This document shows positions 44,802 to 54,122 of a stretch of 55,769 bases of DNA, one piece after another. Made by a program: the position numbers and the translations under genes. The notes below the pieces were generated by a model. That model saw only the letters and a list, made by a program, of their open reading frames with translations. It was not told where the DNA came from and ran no database searches. The stretch comes from Candidatus Omnitrophota bacterium (GTDB lineage: Bacteria > Omnitrophota > Gorgyraeia > B26-G9). The stretch spans positions 1 to 55,769 of the forward strand of contig JAKLQT010000198.1 in NCBI GenBank assembly GCA_022013205.1, written 5' to 3'. Within the stretch, counting starts at the first letter, position 1; each line of letters starts with the position of its first letter.

Positions 44802-46199
44802 ATGCAGTCTTTGGAAAAGATAAGCCCAAATAGAAAAATTCACTTTATCGGTATCGGCGGGGTAGGTATGAGTGCCTTAGCCGGGATTTTGCTGGCATAT
44901 GGGTATAAGGTCAGCGGATCGGATTTAAAGATAAATAAAATGACCCAAAGGCTGAAAACTCAAGGGGCGGAAGTTTCTCTTGGCCACAGGCCTGAAAATA
45001 TAGACGCTCAAGATTTGGTTATTTATTCTTCCTGTATTAAAGAAAATAACCCTGAGATAATCGAAGCTAATAAAAAAAACATTCCAACGATGCATCGGGC
45101 ATCAATGCTCGGGTTGCTTATGGACAAAAAATGCGGTATTGCTGTGGCGGGAACTCACGGAAAAACGACCACGACTTCACTGATTGCCCTGGTGTTAAAA
45201 ACAGGAGGGCTGGATCCGAGTTTTGCGATCGGCGCTGATGTTGATGTATTGGGCGGCAATGCTTACCGTGGCGAGAGTAAATATTTTGTCGCGGAGGCTG
45301 ATGAAAGCGACGGCTCGTTCTTAGAGCTTAATCCGTATTATTCGGTTATTACCAATATTGACAGGGAACATCTTGACTATTATGAAGATTTAAACCATAT
45401 TGTTCTGACCTTTGAAAAGTTCATCGGCAATACCGACAAGAACGGGGTACTGTTTTGCTGCCGGGATGATGAAAATATCCGCAAAGCGCTTAAAAACTAC
45501 AGAGGAAGGGTAATCACCTATGGTTTTAATAATGATGCCGATGTGCAGGCCTTTAATATCCGCTTACAGGCAATGCAATCGGTTTTTGAATGCAGATATA
45601 ATGGCCGATCTTTAGGGGACTTTATCTTAAATATCCCGGGCAAACACAATATCCTTAACGCATTGGCCGCTATTTCTATCGGAGTAGAAGCCGCGATAGA
45701 TGAGGATAGCATAAAAAATGCGCTATACTTATTTACCGGAGCCAACCGCAGATTTCAGGTAAAAAACAGCCGCGGCGGCATTATGATCGTCGATGACTAT
45801 GCCCACCACCCTACGGAAATAAAAGCAACACTTGAGGCCGCGAGAGGCTGGAAAAAAAGGATTGTAGGGGTTTTTCAACCGCATCGCTATAGCCGGACTA
45901 AGTTCCTGAAAAAAGAATTTGGCATCTGCTTTACTTACGCTGACCATGTAGTGATAACAGATATTTACGCGGCAAATGAAACACCTTTAGATGGGATAGG
46001 GGCAAAAGCGATATATGAGGAAGTAAAACAAAGCGGCCATAAAAGTGTTTGTTTTCTTCCTCGGGAAAAGATAAAAGATTATCTGCTGGAAACAGTAAAA
46101 GACGGCGATATGTTACTGATGCTAGGCGCAGGAGATATCGGCAGCCTGGCGGAAGAATTGAATCAGAAATTCCGCTCCGCAGGAGAATTTAATAGGTAA
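44802..46199 (+). CDS. murC: UDP-N-acetylmuramate--L-alanine ligase MurC
   Basis: IHFIGIGGVGMSALAGIL, VAGTHGKTTTTSL, AEADESDGSF, DDYAHHPTEI. Confidence 0.95.
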   Translation: MQSLEKISPNRKIHFIGIGGVGMSALAGILLAYGYKVSGSDLKINKMTQRLKTQGAEVSLGHRPENIDAQDLVIYSSCIKENNPEIIEANKKNIPTMHRASMLGLLMDKKCGIAVAGTHGKTTTTSLIALVLKTGGLDPSFAIGADVDVLGGNAYRGESKYFVAEADESDGSFLELNPYYSVITNIDREHLDYYEDLNHIVLTFEKFIGNTDKNGVLFCCRDDENIRKALKNYRGRVITYGFNNDADVQAFNIRLQAMQSVFECRYNGRSLGDFILNIPGKHNILNALAAISIGVEAAIDEDSIKNALYLFTGANRRFQVKNSRGGIMIVDDYAHHPTEIKATLEAARGWKKRIVGVFQPHRYSRTKFLKKEFGICFTYADHVVITDIYAANETPLDGIGAKAIYEEVKQSGHKSVCFLPREKIKDYLLETVKDGDMLLMLGAGDIGSLAEELNQKFRSAGEFNR

Positions 46200-47315
46200 A
46201 TGAAAGTATTAAAAGGAATAGATATAAGCCGGCAGCTCAAAGGCTTTTTTAAAGGCAGCTTCCAGATCAATAAACTGCTTAGCGGTTATACTTCAATAAA
46301 GATCGGGGGCAAGGCAGCTCTTTTTCTTGAGCCGGAAAACAATATTGATTTAACTCAAGCGGTTAAATTCCTGAATTCTATAGAAATACCTTTTCGCGTT
46401 ATAGGCAACGGAACAAATTTATTGATCAATGACGGCCGCCTGGATTTTGCGGTTATAAAACTCAGCAGGGTGTTCTTTAAGGAAATTTCAGCCAAACCTG
46501 ATGTGCTTTATGTGAGAGCAGGAGTAAGTTTACCGCGGCTTCTGAATTTTTCTATAAAAAACGGAATTTGCGGACTTGAATTTTTGGCTGGTATCCCGGG
46601 CACGGCTGGCGGAGCATTGGTAATGAACGCAGGCATAAGGAACCCGTTTCAGCCGGCAATTGTAGTAGAGGCACCTTATCCCGCATGCTTTGATAAAGCC
46701 GAGGATGAAAGTAAATCTGCGGGATTCCGCTCAGAAACCCCGGGCTTTCCCCGTGGAATGCAAAGCATTCCCGGGACTAAGTCCTCGAAATTTTTGCAAA
46801 ATTTCAAAGGGAGCCCGGGTGAGCTTCATTTGAGCATTAGTGATTCATTGATTGAAATTGAAGTAATGGATGCTCAGGGTAAAATTTTCAAGCTGAATAA
46901 AGATGATGCCGGGTTTGTATATAGAGGGTCAAAATTAAAGGACGTTATTGTTCTTGGAGCGTATTTTAAAGTAAAGAACAAAGCAGCATGGCAGGTCGCG
47001 GAGCGTATAAAAATTTTTCTTAAAAAAAGACAGATTTCACAGGAAATGTGCGTACGCAGCGCCGGCTGCATTTTTAAAAATCCTACAGGTGAAAATATTA
47101 GTGCGGGCGAGTTGATTGAGCGTGCGAAGCTAAAGGGCCGCAGTATAGGGCAGGCCCAGGTCTCTGACTTACACGCGAATTTTATCGTAAACAGAGGCAA
47201 TGCTACTTTTTCACAAGTGTGTGAATTGATGGATCTTGTACAGAATAAAGTAAAGCAGGATTGCGGGATAAAACTGGAAACAGAAGTGGAAATCTGGAAC
47301 AGTCGGGGATTATAA
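46200..47315 (+). CDS. murB: UDP-N-acetylenolpyruvoylglucosamine reductase MurB, carrying an in-frame insertion of about 60 codons
   Basis: YTSIKIGG, IGNGTNLL, GIPGTAGGALVMNAG, [insertion], ...FVYRGSKL, SAGCIFKNP, GELIE.A.LKG. 371 aa, whereas I recall roughly 300 aa as usual. Confidence 0.85.
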   Translation: MKVLKGIDISRQLKGFFKGSFQINKLLSGYTSIKIGGKAALFLEPENNIDLTQAVKFLNSIEIPFRVIGNGTNLLINDGRLDFAVIKLSRVFFKEISAKPDVLYVRAGVSLPRLLNFSIKNGICGLEFLAGIPGTAGGALVMNAGIRNPFQPAIVVEAPYPACFDKAEDESKSAGFRSETPGFPRGMQSIPGTKSSKFLQNFKGSPGELHLSISDSLIEIEVMDAQGKIFKLNKDDAGFVYRGSKLKDVIVLGAYFKVKNKAAWQVAERIKIFLKKRQISQEMCVRSAGCIFKNPTGENISAGELIERAKLKGRSIGQAQVSDLHANFIVNRGNATFSQVCELMDLVQNKVKQDCGIKLETEVEIWNSRGL

Positions 47316-48250
47316 TGGAAAATATGCAAAAAATCGGAATTCTAATGGGCGGATTTTCAAGCGAACGAGAGGTGTCTCTTAAGTCAGGCTTTGCTGTAGA
47401 AAAGGCCTTATCCTCACTTGGCTATCAGGTTAGTATTATTGATTTTAATAATGTGCCGGAGCTTTACAGAAAATTACGTTCTATTAAGGCTGACTGCATC
47501 TTTAATGCTTTACATGGACGCTTTGGTGAAGATGGGGGAGTGCAGGAGATCCTTGATGAGTTTAAAATTCCGTATACAGGATCAGGCGTTAGGGCCAGCG
47601 TTTTGGCAATGGATAAAATAGCATCACGAAAAATATTCGCGGCTAATCAGATCCCTGTTCCCGAATACCAGGTATTTGACAAGAAAACATTAAAAAGCCA
47701 TGGGCTGAATTTAGAATTTCCTGTGGTTGTTAAACCCGTAAAAGAGGGCTCCAGTATAGGGCTGTCTATTGCCGAGGATCCCGCGGCCTTATTTATCGCT
47801 CTTAAAAATGCCTTTGCCTTTGATAATGAGATCGTTGTTGAAAAGTATATCAATGGCAGAGAAATAACAGTAGGTATTCTTGAAGATAATCCATTGCCTG
47901 TGATCGAAATAGTTCCAAAGAATAAATTTTATGATTTTCAGGCTAAATATACTCCGGGGATGTGCGATTATATTGTGCCTGCTGATTTGCCTCTGGATAC
48001 AGCTTGCTTTGCGCAGGCTACGGCATTGAAAGCACATAAGCTTTTGGGGTGCCGTTGTTTTTCCCGAGTGGATATAATACTCGATTCTGGTGGGTGTCCG
48101 GTTGTTCTTGAGGTAAATACTATCCCCGGATTTACGGCGACAAGCCTGCTTCCTAAGGCGGCGGCAGCCTGCGGGATTGATTTCCCCCGGCTTTGCCGGA
48201 TGATGATAGTCTCAGCCCTTAAATTGAAATTTAAGGAATTTGCTTCTTAA
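47315..48250 (+). CDS. ddl: D-alanine--D-alanine ligase
   Basis: IGILMGGFSSEREVSLKSG, ALHGRFGEDG.VQ, VVKP..EGSSIG, ATP-grasp C-terminus EVNTIPG.T. The ATG at 47315 overlaps the murB TAA (TAATG); the ORF-track start at 47261 lies inside murB. Confidence 0.9.
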   Translation: MENMQKIGILMGGFSSEREVSLKSGFAVEKALSSLGYQVSIIDFNNVPELYRKLRSIKADCIFNALHGRFGEDGGVQEILDEFKIPYTGSGVRASVLAMDKIASRKIFAANQIPVPEYQVFDKKTLKSHGLNLEFPVVVKPVKEGSSIGLSIAEDPAALFIALKNAFAFDNEIVVEKYINGREITVGILEDNPLPVIEIVPKNKFYDFQAKYTPGMCDYIVPADLPLDTACFAQATALKAHKLLGCRCFSRVDIILDSGGCPVVLEVNTIPGFTATSLLPKAAAACGIDFPRLCRMMIVSALKLKFKEFAS

Positions 48251-48279
48251 AGATAGTGTCAAAAATCAGGAGGATTTAG

Positions 48280-49113
48280 GTGTTTAAACCGAAAAGGAAA
48301 AGTAGAAAAAAGAAGAAAATTCATAAATTCAGTGTGAAAGAAGCGCGGGAGGCCGTTAAAAGAAGCTGGGGGCAGATTCTTTTGATTATTATTTGTATTA
48401 CCCTCATAGTAATGCTTGGCAGGGGCATGAAATCTTTTCTACTGGCCTCAGAGTATTTTAATGTTACTGAAATAGAGGTTGTTGATCAGGAGCCTGATGC
48501 TGTGGAATATTCTCTAGCCCGCGTAAAGGATAATCCTAATATTTTCAAGATAAATCTGGGCATGATCGCTGACAATATAGAATATGAGCATTCTGATATC
48601 CAAAAGGCGATTGTTAAGAGAGTGCTGCCTGGCAAACTTGTTGTAGAGGTATTGCGCAGAAGGCCTGTCGCCCAAATTGCAGTTAGTTTGAGCCGCCAGG
48701 AAACTGAGGCAGATAATTTTTTTACGGTAAATAAAGATGGTTACATACTCTCTGAGATCGGCCCAAGGCCAAGCAGAGATTGGCCGGTAATTTACGGATG
48801 TAATCTTGCCGGTTCCAAGATAGAGATAGGGCATTCATACGCGTATTCTAACCTGAAATACGCCCTGGATTTTTTAAAGTGGCTGGATGAGAGCGGGTTC
48901 TCGCATGAGTACAAGGTTACTAAGATTGACATCACTGAGCCTAGAAGCATGATGTTTTATATTAAGGATACACTGGAGGTCAGGATAGGCGACCGGAAAT
49001 GGAAGGAAAAAATTGAAAATCTTGCCGGAATTCTAAAGAATATGGATATAGACTATAGGCAGAAATATTATGTGGATTTGCGTTTTAAAGACTTTGTATT
49101 CGGGAAAAAATAA
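48280..49113 (+). CDS. ftsQ: Cell division protein FtsQ/DivIB-like
   Basis: Basic N-terminus, one TM (ILLIIICITLIVML), and a POTRA-like region (F.VTEIEV). Position between ddl and ftsA. GTG start. Confidence 0.7.
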   Translation: MFKPKRKSRKKKKIHKFSVKEAREAVKRSWGQILLIIICITLIVMLGRGMKSFLLASEYFNVTEIEVVDQEPDAVEYSLARVKDNPNIFKINLGMIADNIEYEHSDIQKAIVKRVLPGKLVVEVLRRRPVAQIAVSLSRQETEADNFFTVNKDGYILSEIGPRPSRDWPVIYGCNLAGSKIEIGHSYAYSNLKYALDFLKWLDESGFSHEYKVTKIDITEPRSMMFYIKDTLEVRIGDRKWKEKIENLAGILKNMDIDYRQKYYVDLRFKDFVFGKK

Positions 49114-50399
49114 TGGCTAAAAATGAACATAAAGTAATCGGGCTGGATATCGGCAGTGCCAAGACTACTGTTTGTGTAGGCAGTACTGATGCCCAGGGGC
49201 GTATTGAAATTCATAGCGCCTCAATGGTTAAAACACGAGGTGTTGAACGAGGGGTTATTACAGACCTGGGAGAAGTAGCCGGCTGTATTGAAGAGGTGGT
49301 TAAAAAGGCAGAAAACAAACTACACTCCTTCCAGGGATCAAAATATTCCAGGATAAAAAACACCAGAATTAACTCTGTTTTCGCGACAATAAGCGGTGAA
49401 CATATTCTGGGAAATAATACCAAGGCCGTATTGAATTTATCTAACCGGCCCGTTGAAATAGGCCGAAAAGATACACAGCGGGCAATTGATTCGGCAAAAT
49501 ATTTATCTGCTTCAGTTGATAGAGATGTTTTGCACGCGCTGGCTCAGGAATTTATTGTCGACGGGTATAAAAGAATAAAAAATCCAATGGGAATTTTCGG
49601 TACACGGCTTGGAGTAAACCTGCACATTATCAGCGCAGGGGCTTCATATGTTAAGGATGTAGTCACGGTGATTAATCGGGCAGGGCTTGATGTCGAGGGA
49701 GTTGCTTATTCTGGATTTGCCACCAGTTTATCTACTCTAACCGAGCAGGAAAAGCAGGCCGGGGTAATCTTACTTGAAATGGGAGCCGGCTGCGTTAATA
49801 TACTTTTTTTTAAAGAGGGAAATCTGCAGTATACAGGGGTGATACCAGTGGGCGGTTATGATATTACCAGAGAGATTGCCCGGAAATTAAATATTGACCT
49901 TCCTCAGGCAGAGGAACTTAAACTTCAGTACAGGAATGCGTTCTCAAATTATGGCGATAATGAATCAACGTCCGGGGAAAAAATAATTATTAAAAAAGAT
50001 GCATCCAATTACGAGAGCATTAACCGAAAACAAATGGAAAATATAATAGACAAAAAATTAGATGAACAGCTTTTGCTTATTAAAAAGGATCTGGAGCTTG
50101 CCGGGATTATTTCCCGGGTTAAGCGCGGCGTAGTGGTTTGCGGAGGTATGTCTTTCATGGATGGGATAATTGAAAAAATGGAAAAAACTCTTGGTTTAAA
50201 AGTGAGCATGGGGATAATGCGCGGTTTTGTAAGCAGTTCATCGAGTTTAATAAGCAATATATTCTATTCAACCGGTATTGGTTTAATTATGCACGCGTTG
50301 GGACAAAAGAACACAGATAATAAAAAAGCATTCGCGACGTACGATATTCGTAGTAAAATAATAGCAAAGATCAGGGAAGTCTACGAGGAGTATTTTTAA
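49113..50399 (+). CDS. ftsA: Cell division protein FtsA (actin-like ATPase)
   Basis: VIGLDIGSAKTTVCVG, ...GVILLEMGAG..N, GGYDITREIA, VVCGGMS. Confidence 0.9.
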   Translation: MAKNEHKVIGLDIGSAKTTVCVGSTDAQGRIEIHSASMVKTRGVERGVITDLGEVAGCIEEVVKKAENKLHSFQGSKYSRIKNTRINSVFATISGEHILGNNTKAVLNLSNRPVEIGRKDTQRAIDSAKYLSASVDRDVLHALAQEFIVDGYKRIKNPMGIFGTRLGVNLHIISAGASYVKDVVTVINRAGLDVEGVAYSGFATSLSTLTEQEKQAGVILLEMGAGCVNILFFKEGNLQYTGVIPVGGYDITREIARKLNIDLPQAEELKLQYRNAFSNYGDNESTSGEKIIIKKDASNYESINRKQMENIIDKKLDEQLLLIKKDLELAGIISRVKRGVVVCGGMSFMDGIIEKMEKTLGLKVSMGIMRGFVSSSSSLISNIFYSTGIGLIMHALGQKNTDNKKAFATYDIRSKIIAKIREVYEEYF

Positions 50400-50462
50400 G
50401 GGGAGCTGATTAGCGTGCTGGTTATGCCGATTGTTAGCCTGGGGGCGCATAATTAAAGGGAG

Positions 50463-51455
50463 ATGAGGATGAAGGAGAGCACTTATATTCTGGTAGTTGA
50501 TGACGAACAGTTAGTGTTGGATTCATTCAGTGAGGCTTTTGTTCAAGAGGGATATCAGGTAACCAAGGCGAAAAACTGGTCGCAGGCCAACCGATACTTA
50601 AAAACTTATCAGTATAATATTATTATTGCCGATGTTCGCTTGCCGGATGTTGGGTGTCAGGAGATGATCGAGGATATTAAAGAACAGAACAAATACGCCT
50701 ATATAATCACCAGTGCCGGTTTTGCTGATATAGATACTGCTATGGATTCCCTGCAGCATGGAGCACATGACTATATGAGTAAACCGTTTGATCCCTCAGG
50801 CATTGTTACGACCATGCGCAAGATTGTTGATAAACAAAGATTGCAGGCAGATAACCTGCAATTATTCGATACTATAAAAGTGTTGGCTTTAGCTCTGGAC
50901 GCGCGTGATCATTATACACATGGACATTCACAACAGGTCACTGAATATGCTGTTGATATCGCAAGAGAAATAGGGCTCAGTTTTAAAGAAATTAATATTA
51001 TCCGCGACGCGGGCATTTTGCACGATATCGGTAAAATAGGGATCGCAGATGCTATATTGCTTAAACCGGGAAGGCTTACACAAGAGGAATATATCCAGAT
51101 CAAGAAGCATCCGGTGATCGGTAAGAAAATTCTTGATCCGGTAAATTGCCTGGCAGACAATATACCGCTTATTTATCATCATCACGAGCGTATTGACGGA
51201 CAGGGGTATCCGGATGGATTAACAGGCGATAATATTCCTTTGGGAGCAAGAATTCTTTCTGTTGCCGATGCCTATCAGGCAATGACATCAGACCGCCCTT
51301 ATCGGAAGTCTCTGCCTGCTTTAATCGCTATTGAGGAGCTTAAAAGATTCAAGGGCAGGCAGTTTGATCCTGATATTGTTGATGCTTTTTTGCGGGTATT
51401 AAGACGAATGGGTATCAAAACTACGAATAACACTGCTGAGGCACCAGTAACATAA
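50463..51455 (+). CDS. Response regulator with HD-GYP domain (RpfG-like, putative c-di-GMP phosphodiesterase)
   Basis: REC domain: ILVVDDEQ, IIIADVRLPD, SKPF. HD-GYP domain: HGHSQQV, LHDIGKIGI, HHERIDGQGYPDGL. Confidence 0.85.
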   Translation: MRMKESTYILVVDDEQLVLDSFSEAFVQEGYQVTKAKNWSQANRYLKTYQYNIIIADVRLPDVGCQEMIEDIKEQNKYAYIITSAGFADIDTAMDSLQHGAHDYMSKPFDPSGIVTTMRKIVDKQRLQADNLQLFDTIKVLALALDARDHYTHGHSQQVTEYAVDIAREIGLSFKEINIIRDAGILHDIGKIGIADAILLKPGRLTQEEYIQIKKHPVIGKKILDPVNCLADNIPLIYHHHERIDGQGYPDGLTGDNIPLGARILSVADAYQAMTSDRPYRKSLPALIAIEELKRFKGRQFDPDIVDAFLRVLRRMGIKTTNNTAEAPVT

Positions 51456-51471
51456 AAAAAAAGAGGTGGAG

Positions 51472-52569
51472 ATGGAAGTAGATATTGTTGAAATACTAAA
51501 ATCAATGGTAAACCAGCAAGCTTCAGACGCGCATTTTAAAGTGGGGCGTTGTCCGGTTTTCAGGATAAAGAAAGATCTTATAATCTCAGGTTTTTCTGTA
51601 ATGACAAATAAAGATATTGAAAAAATCGCCTATTTTATGATGAAAGAAAGGCACCGCAAGGATTTTGAGAAAAAAAGCGAGGTAGACTTTTCTTATCAAT
51701 TGCCTGATGTGGGACGTTTTCGAGTGAATATATTTCGCCAGCGCGGTGATGTGGGTATTGTAATGCGTATTGTAAAAACTAAAATTCCGGGGTTTGAGGA
51801 TTTAATGCTTCCGCCTATTTTTCAAAAAATTGCTGGTTTAAATTATGGAATTGTACTGGTAACAGGTTCAAGCTCGCAAGGAAAATCCACTACCCTCGCG
51901 GCAATGATCAACTATATTAATTCTGTTAAGAAAGCGCACATCATGACTATTGAGGATCCGATAGAATATATTTATGAAGATAAGCAATCTCTTATAAATC
52001 AGAGAGAGATTGGGCTGGATACCGAGTCTTTCAACCAGGCTCTGCGTCATGTTATTCGACAGGATCCTGATATAATTCTGATCGGCGAAATGCGTGATGC
52101 TGAAACATTTCAAACCGCGCTTGCCGCTGCCGAAACAGGGCACCTTGTTTTTTCAACGCTTCACGCCTCGGATACGGCTCAGGTGGTAGATAGAATTTTA
52201 GATTTTTTCCCTCACGCTCAGCATAGTATGGTAAGAATGCAGCTTTCATTTAATTTAAGAGCGGTCACATGCCAGCGTTTAATGCCGAGAGTTGACGGCC
52301 TGGGCGTAGTGCCGGCTGTGGAAGTGATGATTATAAATCCTACAGTGCAAAAGATCTTGAGAGAAAACAAGACTGAGCGCCTGTCTCAGACGCTGCATAG
52401 TTTTGCTGAGGAGGGAATGCTTAGCTTCAACCAGTCACTGGTGAATCTTATAAAGGCAAATCTGATCAGCTTGGAAACAGGGCTTGCCAATACAAGTAAT
52501 CCGGAAGCATTAAAAATGAACCTCAAGGGTATTTATTTAGATGAGGATCGCAGGATTTTAGGTGAGTAG
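51472..52569 (+). CDS. pilT: Type IV pilus retraction ATPase PilT-like
   Basis: ASDAHF..G, Walker A GSSSQGKSTT, TIEDPIEY, RQDPDIILIGEMRD.ET, AAETGHLVFSTLHA. ATG at 51472 is preferred over GTG at 51466. Confidence 0.8.
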   Translation: MEVDIVEILKSMVNQQASDAHFKVGRCPVFRIKKDLIISGFSVMTNKDIEKIAYFMMKERHRKDFEKKSEVDFSYQLPDVGRFRVNIFRQRGDVGIVMRIVKTKIPGFEDLMLPPIFQKIAGLNYGIVLVTGSSSQGKSTTLAAMINYINSVKKAHIMTIEDPIEYIYEDKQSLINQREIGLDTESFNQALRHVIRQDPDIILIGEMRDAETFQTALAAAETGHLVFSTLHASDTAQVVDRILDFFPHAQHSMVRMQLSFNLRAVTCQRLMPRVDGLGVVPAVEVMIINPTVQKILRENKTERLSQTLHSFAEEGMLSFNQSLVNLIKANLISLETGLANTSNPEALKMNLKGIYLDEDRRILGE

Positions 52570-53965
52570 TTCTATTGCAGCGTTTGTCAATAAGGAAATC
52601 AGCCTTGTAACTCTCAAGAAAAACGCCCTGATCAACGCGGCGCTTATATATCTCAATTCTTATTCAGTGGGAATGAGCAATCTGGGTATGCACACTGTTT
52701 ATAATATCCTGAATTCTCGTGCGGATACCTTATGTGAGAGAGTTTTTTTTGAAAAAAAAAGAAGACAGCCTCAAAGCGTAGAAAACAGAAGGAATTTAAG
52801 ATCTTTTGATTTGCTTGCCTTTAGTATATCCTACGAGCTTGATTATCTGAATTTTTTCAAGCTTATGCGCCGGATCTTTCCGGAAGATGATCTCAGGAAG
52901 CGGCCTTTAATGCCTCTGGTTATAGCCGGCGGCATTGTAAATTCCGTAAATTATCAGCCATTGTCAAAATTTTGCGATTGTATTTTCATGGGAGAAGCAG
53001 AAGAATCCCTGCCTCAGTTTATGGATGCTTTGAGTTGTTTTGAAAATATCAATACCAAAGAGAAGAAAAAAAACTTTTTAGAAAAAGCCGCTTCAATCAA
53101 CGGAATTTTTATCCCCGGAGTATCTGATAAACAAAAGGTAAGAAGCGTTTTTATACGGGAGGTAGATAAATATCCGACAAGTTCAAAAATACTAACTCCT
53201 TTTACAGAATTCTCCAATACCTTTGTGATAGAAATTTCCCGCGGCTGCCCCTGGAGATGCAATTTTTGTGTTACCGGGGCAGTTTACCGTAAATTCCGGC
53301 CGAGGTCATTTGAAGTAATTAAAAAACAGATTGATAATGGGCTGCGGTATACTAATAAAATCGGATTAATGGGGGCAGCTATAACCGAGCACCCCGATAT
53401 TGATAAAATTATCGATTATTTATTAAGAAAAAAAGCGTTAATCTCTGTTTCCAGCCTGAGGATTGAGTCCGCGGGTGAAACGCTCTTAAAGGCGCTGGCA
53501 ATGAGCGGGCAAAAAACCATAACCTTTGCTCCTGAGGCCGGCAGTGATTCTCTGCGGTTTTCCTTAAACAAAAAAATAACAAATAAGCAGATTCTGGAAA
53601 AAATTAATTTGAGTAAAAAATGCGGGATTAAAAAAATAAAACTCTATTTTATGATCGGCCTGCCGCATGAGACTGATGCTGATATACAGGCTATAGTACA
53701 ACTGTCCATTGATGCAAGCATGATTTTACCCATAAAGCTGAATGTAGGCATATTTGTACCAAAACCTAAAACCATATTTGCCGGGCATGTGTTCGCGGGG
53801 AAAAAACGGTTTTTAGCTAAATTTAAATTTTTAAGAAGAAATTTTTCAAGCAGCGGGAATATTATTCTTAACCTTGCTGGAATTGCAGAGGCAAAACTTG
53901 AATGGCTGTTTTCTCAAGCAGATGAGGATTTTTTCTCTAACTACCTTGAAAATAAAGCGTTATAA
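52562..53965 (+). CDS. Radical SAM protein, TIGR03960-like (B12-binding-like N-domain) family
   Basis: YLNSYSVGMSNLGMHTVYNILN...CERVFF N-terminal signature; EISRGCPWRCNFCVTG; FAPEAGS; MIGLPHET. GTG start overlaps the pilT end. Confidence 0.75.
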   Translation: MSSSIAAFVNKEISLVTLKKNALINAALIYLNSYSVGMSNLGMHTVYNILNSRADTLCERVFFEKKRRQPQSVENRRNLRSFDLLAFSISYELDYLNFFKLMRRIFPEDDLRKRPLMPLVIAGGIVNSVNYQPLSKFCDCIFMGEAEESLPQFMDALSCFENINTKEKKKNFLEKAASINGIFIPGVSDKQKVRSVFIREVDKYPTSSKILTPFTEFSNTFVIEISRGCPWRCNFCVTGAVYRKFRPRSFEVIKKQIDNGLRYTNKIGLMGAAITEHPDIDKIIDYLLRKKALISVSSLRIESAGETLLKALAMSGQKTITFAPEAGSDSLRFSLNKKITNKQILEKINLSKKCGIKKIKLYFMIGLPHETDADIQAIVQLSIDASMILPIKLNVGIFVPKPKTIFAGHVFAGKKRFLAKFKFLRRNFSSSGNIILNLAGIAEAKLEWLFSQADEDFFSNYLENKAL

Positions 53966-54045
53966 TATAGCTTGCAAATTATTAAGTTATAGGAACCTAT
54001 TCAACTTGGGTTAACAATGGCCCAATTTTTTAATTACCGCTGCCA

Positions 54046-54075
54046 TTGACAGAGTAAGTCAATTTATGGTAAAAT
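54046..54075 (+). promoter_or_regulatory. Possible sigma70-type promoter for the kinase genes
   Basis: TTGACA at 54046-54051, 18-nt spacer, TAAAAT at 54070-54075. The AT-rich context makes chance matches likely. Confidence 0.35.
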
Positions 54076-54122
54076 TCTTGCTTACGTAAGGCATTATGCA
54101 ATAGTATGTTAGAGGGCTGATT

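Noticed and set aside
46638-46817. Intein in MurB
   Set aside because: The insert is only about 60 codons. It does not begin with Cys/Ser/Thr, lacks the terminal His-Asn plus nucleophile, and has no HINT or endonuclease blocks.
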